From a virus, in IMG/VR virus record IMGVR_UViG_3300025010_000048, positions 8,331-72,330 of that record: a stretch of 64,000 bases of DNA; one strand, written 5' to 3'. Position 1 is the first letter of the stretch, and every line of letters starts with the position of its first letter. The notes beneath the pieces are model-generated. The model ran no database searches and had not been told where the DNA came from. It saw only the letters and a list, made by a program, of their open reading frames with translations. The translations under genes were made by a program, and so were the position numbers. Shown piece after piece: positions 59,393 to 64,000 of this stretch.

Positions 59393-62300
59393 CTACTCAG
59401 AGAGTATACTCTCGATAGCACTATTTCTTTTTTGTTTATTCCTTTCATCCATCCTAGTCCTTGCCGGTGATTTTGGCTTATCTTCGGTAATAAATCTTCT
59501 TCTCTTTAATTGTTCATATATTTTAAGTTGAGCATCTAATGGCTGATTAACAATATCGGCAAGTGCAACAGCTTTAACTTGCATATCCCTCAACTTAATG
59601 GTTTTCTGTTTTGGAAGGATAGACTTATCCTTTTGTAATTCCCTTAAAGCAGTGCGGTTATCAGAAATCATTTCAGCAACTTTGCCGTATAGTTTCCTTA
59701 ACTTTTCATCATCCTCACCTATAACTTCTCCGGTCTGCTTTGTGTCTGCCTTCATTGTATCTAGTTTCCGTTTGGCATCGTAAAACTTTTGCGTCACATC
59801 AGTATTATAGGCAGGGTCAGCAGTAAAAATTCTCTTTAAAGTATCACCCGTACTACCCTCTGATAGCGCAGGGATACCTACTTGACCAATTACCCCAAGA
59901 TAGCTTTTCACTAAGTAATCAACCTGTTTTGGTGATACTTTTTCAGGATACGATTCTCCTAGCTTTTTGGCAAAAGACGATGTTTTTTCGTCGTATTGTT
60001 GGCCCGGACTCATGTTTTTCATGTATTCTGGAACTACGGGACGATCAACAAAGTCTTTATTTGCTCGCAGATCGTTGATTGGCGCAGCGATAGTTCTACC
60101 AGGAGGCATAAAACTTGCCCAAATAGTGTCTGAAAATTTCGCAAAAGCATCGGGATTTTCTTTCTTAAGACTATCCAATGTTCTCTCTACTAATGCGCCA
60201 AAAACTACGCCACCCTCACGAGGTTTGGGTAATTTTAAAAAAGTACCACCAGGTAAAGGGATAAGGTAGTTTGTATCTTTAGTCCAACTACTTAATTTCT
60301 GATATTCTGGGTTATCGTGATTGTAAGCATACAACATCAATGTCGGAACCGTTATTGCCGCAAATGTTTTGCCGAGTGCAGCAACTGGATTATCCTTATA
60401 TATCCTCGCTAACTTATCAATTCCATTTATAGAAGCACCAAAATATGGTATGAAGGCATCAAGAAAATTAGTAACATCTGCGGTATTCTTTTTCTGGAAA
60501 TTTACGGTAACATCCTTGCTCTCATATAGTGCCTTAGTCCTAGACGCATAGCTGTCACCATCCTTTCGGATAATGCGCCGATACTCGGAGAGTCTCGGTA
60601 CTGCTTCGGTAAAGTCTGCAAGTTTTTCAAGTGCCTTAAACGGCACACCAAGAAGTCTTTTCGTATATTCAACCGGATTTTTGATGTTGCTAAAATCGTA
60701 ATACCCCGGCATTAACTTTGCCTTAGAATTTGCCAAGATATTAACATCTGTCGATACAGCAGAAGCATACCCGCCGCCCATGTCCTTGTACGACTTATAC
60801 GCCGCCCTATTGCCCAATATGTCCAGTAAGGCACCTACAATATCCTTCGACCACTCTACAGGGCTATTGGTGCTTTTAGAGGCGACATAAGACATAGGCA
60901 AGTCACGGACTACGTTCCTACCAAGTGAAAATATCGGGTTTATTCCAGTTGTTAGTAATTTCATTTTGCTGGTTATCGACCTTGCCGCATCCATAACTAC
61001 ATTTTGAGCCTGTGGGGTTAGACCGGATATTGCTTCGAGTAATGGCAAATCATTAACTCTAACATGAACCCTTTCTCCATTAATTCTTCCTGCAACAATA
61101 TTTGGCATGGTAAGATTGGCTGTATTTGAGTCAACTATTTCTCCCCAAATACTCATACCTTCGGGGTCTTTCTGTATGTCCTCAATAATCCTTTGCATGA
61201 CCTCGTTGCGCTTGGCTGCCTTGATATAGTTAGGAACTCTTTCTATCATTGTTTCCAGAGATTCAATAGTCTTGCGCTCCGAACCTCTGGCACGCTTAAC
61301 CGGATTTGGTTGATCAGCAAACGAACCTTTTGCCCCTGTTTTGCCAATCTCAACTTCCTCCATTAGGCGTTGCATCGGCACATAGTCGCCGTATTTTACC
61401 CTCATAGCGTTCCAGACATTTTCAGGAATTAGGCCTGTTTCAACTAACCATGTCTCCCCAAACTTATTTATCCATGAAGTATAATCTTTGGCCGCCTGTG
61501 CCATCCAAGGATTTTCTGCATCGTATTTTACTATTTTCATATCAGCCATTTCGGGCGACATATTTAGTTCCCTGTCATATACTGTCATATCGGAGTTTTC
61601 CCATGCTTTAGAGTGCTTGAGTTTTAGATAATCCTCAAACTGCCTCCATTGCCCTTTTGGAACCTGTTGAACTATATCCTTAAGCGGTGCGCCAACAACA
61701 TTCCCCTGAGAGTCTACTAGATTTTCAGTAAGCGTTCTCTGAGCCAATGCCTCTGCGTTGCTGGTATTATGTGCTAGTATGTAAGCACGTTTATTATAAG
61801 GGATTGTTCCCCCTGCCTTGGCTACTGTTTTGTCAAAGTCATTAATTCTATTGTAACCGTCCACGGTTTTGTAGTATAATTTTTTTGCCATACTCTTGAT
61901 GTTTTCGGGTGCTATTTTATTAAACAGAGAGTTTCCTTCGGACTTAGAAGTAATTGTTTCTATGGTGTCTGGTAATCTTACACTCATTGGACTAATGCCG
62001 GGAGATAATGGTATTTCTGCTTGACCATCTGCTTTCTCCGGTCCAAGGCCAACATCTTCACCTACAACCATTTCCGCTTTCTCCGGTTTTAATCCAATGT
62101 CCTCGGACATGGTTTTAGAGGTGTTTTCACTATCAGGTTTCCAGTTTAAAATATCGCTCTTAGTTTTATCGTCAAACTTGCCTATAGCATCAATTTTTTC
62201 GACTAAAGAAATTTTACTTCTATCTAAGACAATCCAATTATCCTGTACACCTTCCGAATAACGAATTGAATCATAGCCCTTATCTTTAATTGCATCCAGT

Positions 62301-64000
62301 ACGATAGGTAAATTTTTACCTCTAAATAACTTAAATACACTACCGTCAATACCATCCATTTCATCTATTCCAAGATTTTCAGCAATAGAATCCTGTTTTT
62401 CTCGTGGAACACCAAGTTCATCCATCAAATCATATGCTCGATCCATATCAATTTCGCCTTTTTTGATATGTGTCAAATCTAAAGTATTATCAAACAAACC
62501 CTTCATTTCGTAAACAGTAGGATTGTATCCTTCCGGCTTTCCTCCGGATATAGTGTCTGGCAAATTTTCTATTTGTTTGGCATATGAATTTGCGGTTTCT
62601 TTTTGAGTAGTAACATAAAGTAAGTCATTTTCCTTAGAAATTTTATCTACTTCTGCTGTGTCCTTAATTTGCTTTTTAAGTTTATCTATATCTTTCTGGT
62701 AACTCAAAATAAAATAATCTGCTTGCTCAATTTCCCACTTCGCGGAATCTCTATTAACCATATCCTCGTAATTGGAGTAGTCAGGTTTATTTTGAAGAAT
62801 TGCCTCTGCATTTTTCTTCCGTTTTTTCTGCATGGAAATATTATTTTCAAATCTTTTAATTTTTTCTTCCGGAGTCCAACCAAGAACATCTTCTATGGTT
62901 TGCATTTGCTGGATATTTCTACTCTTGCCCTGCGCGCCTTCAGGAACCATTTCGCCGCGATAAAATACCTGTCCTTTATCTCCGATGCGCTGTACTGCCC
63001 TTAGTGTTTTTTGCGCTTCTTCAACATTTTTAAATCCAGCATCATTAACTATTTTATTAAGTTTTTCCGCTTTCTCCGGTTTTAATCCTATGTCCTCAGC
63101 CATCACTTTATTGCCAACAACCTCTGGCATCTTAACCGCTTTTCGCCCAACGCTAACAGTTTTACCGCCAGCATCAACTTGTATAATCATCTTATCTGCC
63201 CTAGTAACTGTCGCCTGTCTACCATCCGGCAAGATAACGGGATCTCCAGGTTTTAATCTAAAATACGAGAACTGCGATTCAAGTTCAGGAAATTCATCCA
63301 GCACTTGATTGGCCTTATCTATGCTCAATGTACTACTAAGAGTCTGCCTTGCTGCCGCAACTTCTTTAGCCGTCTTAGCGGCAACTTCCGGTAAAGGGAC
63401 TGATGCGGGAGAATCCATCGTTTTCGACTGACTTCTGATGTTAGCCAATTCCCCTGCCGTAAAACTTGACATATCGGGCGGTTTATACTCTGGCATCCTA
63501 AACTCGGTAGGTGCAGGAGTAGGGGTTTTCTCTCTGCCCAACACCCCGCCCAAACGCCCCAATATCACACCTATGGCGGCATTAGTCGCCCCAGCCTGCG
63601 CCGCTTCTCCGGTATTAAACTCACGGTCATTCGCTATTGCCCTGGAATACTCGTATGGAATAGTTGCCCCTCCGACCTTAATAGTACTCTGAGTAAGACT
63701 AGGGATATTTGCTACTTTAGAGGATTTAGTTCCCAAACGGGATAACGCTTGACCTATAGCGTTTTCTGCCCCCTGGAATATTTTTGAGCCTACATTAAAT
63801 TCACCGCCAGCCAGGAAACCAGCTAATCCCCCGGCAAGGTCGGCAGAGTTTAATTTTACAGGCCTACTATTAGTAAAACTTTCCGGTAAGTTTTTAACCA
63901 TATCAGGCATATCTTTTTTATCGAAAAGTGGCTTGCTATTAACTACAAAATCGCCGACATTAGGCTTGTTGGGGTTGTCTATGCCAGTTATGATTTCCCC
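59393..64000 (-). CDS. Large polyvalent / internal virion protein with LPD38-like C-terminus; 5' end beyond window
   Basis: Frame open to window edge; YQKLSSWTKDTNYLIP...LPKPRE...ANKDF..RPVVP...SPKQVDYL. Confidence 0.8.
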   Translation of the reverse strand, partial: GEIITGIDNPNKPNVGDFVVNSKPLFDKKDMPDMVKNLPESFTNSRPVKLNSADLAGGLAGFLAGGEFNVGSKIFQGAENAIGQALSRLGTKSSKVANIPSLTQSTIKVGGATIPYEYSRAIANDREFNTGEAAQAGATNAAIGVILGRLGGVLGREKTPTPAPTEFRMPEYKPPDMSSFTAGELANIRSQSKTMDSPASVPLPEVAAKTAKEVAAARQTLSSTLSIDKANQVLDEFPELESQFSYFRLKPGDPVILPDGRQATVTRADKMIIQVDAGGKTVSVGRKAVKMPEVVGNKVMAEDIGLKPEKAEKLNKIVNDAGFKNVEEAQKTLRAVQRIGDKGQVFYRGEMVPEGAQGKSRNIQQMQTIEDVLGWTPEEKIKRFENNISMQKKRKKNAEAILQNKPDYSNYEDMVNRDSAKWEIEQADYFILSYQKDIDKLKKQIKDTAEVDKISKENDLLYVTTQKETANSYAKQIENLPDTISGGKPEGYNPTVYEMKGLFDNTLDLTHIKKGEIDMDRAYDLMDELGVPREKQDSIAENLGIDEMDGIDGSVFKLFRGKNLPIVLDAIKDKGYDSIRYSEGVQDNWIVLDRSKISLVEKIDAIGKFDDKTKSDILNWKPDSENTSKTMSEDIGLKPEKAEMVVGEDVGLGPEKADGQAEIPLSPGISPMSVRLPDTIETITSKSEGNSLFNKIAPENIKSMAKKLYYKTVDGYNRINDFDKTVAKAGGTIPYNKRAYILAHNTSNAEALAQRTLTENLVDSQGNVVGAPLKDIVQQVPKGQWRQFEDYLKLKHSKAWENSDMTVYDRELNMSPEMADMKIVKYDAENPWMAQAAKDYTSWINKFGETWLVETGLIPENVWNAMRVKYGDYVPMQRLMEEVEIGKTGAKGSFADQPNPVKRARGSERKTIESLETMIERVPNYIKAAKRNEVMQRIIEDIQKDPEGMSIWGEIVDSNTANLTMPNIVAGRINGERVHVRVNDLPLLEAISGLTPQAQNVVMDAARSITSKMKLLTTGINPIFSLGRNVVRDLPMSYVASKSTNSPVEWSKDIVGALLDILGNRAAYKSYKDMGGGYASAVSTDVNILANSKAKLMPGYYDFSNIKNPVEYTKRLLGVPFKALEKLADFTEAVPRLSEYRRIIRKDGDSYASRTKALYESKDVTVNFQKKNTADVTNFLDAFIPYFGASINGIDKLARIYKDNPVAALGKTFAAITVPTLMLYAYNHDNPEYQKLSSWTKDTNYLIPLPGGTFLKLPKPREGGVVFGALVERTLDSLKKENPDAFAKFSDTIWASFMPPGRTIAAPINDLRANKDFVDRPVVPEYMKNMSPGQQYDEKTSSFAKKLGESYPEKVSPKQVDYLVKSYLGVIGQVGIPALSEGSTGDTLKRIFTADPAYNTDVTQKFYDAKRKLDTMKADTKQTGEVIGEDDEKLRKLYGKVAEMISDNRTALRELQKDKSILPKQKTIKLRDMQVKAVALADIVNQPLDAQLKIYEQLKRRRFITEDKPKSPARTRMDERNKQKRNSAIESILSE

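Noticed and set aside
1-64000. CRISPR array or cas genes
   Set aside because: No regularly spaced repeat-spacer array seen; TnpB has IS ends rather than an array

Overview
The window holds most of a temperate phage genome from a spore-forming Firmicute, probably Clostridia. It is podovirus-like (P22-type portal, large LPD38-type internal protein). Gene order is circularly permuted: head and packaging genes (minus strand, 1-15 kb) run off the left edge, while the giant virion protein and lysis genes (minus strand, 55-64 kb) come in from the right. Between them lie an early small-gene region punctuated by hammerhead ribozymes and repeated hairpins, a TnpB-only IS200/IS605 element, an FtsK/Replic_Relax module, a Par/RacA-like gene with repeats, a cI/cro switch, and replication, methylase and nucleotide-metabolism genes. 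Sporulation regulators are also present (Spo0A C-terminal domain, Spo0E, AbrB). No integrase is visible, but there is a dif-like Xer site, suggesting a phage-plasmid. The main features missed by the ORF track are: a group I intron splitting the major capsid gene; two tandem 7-codon ORFs (MVKCRSD/MIKCRSD) conserved at protein level; a ~500-nt structured ncRNA with two tRNA-like 7/6 modules; covarying boxB-like hairpins repeated through the late operon; and an HNH gene overprinted in-frame inside the methyltransferase. All family assignments come from motif recognition by eye, not from database searches.
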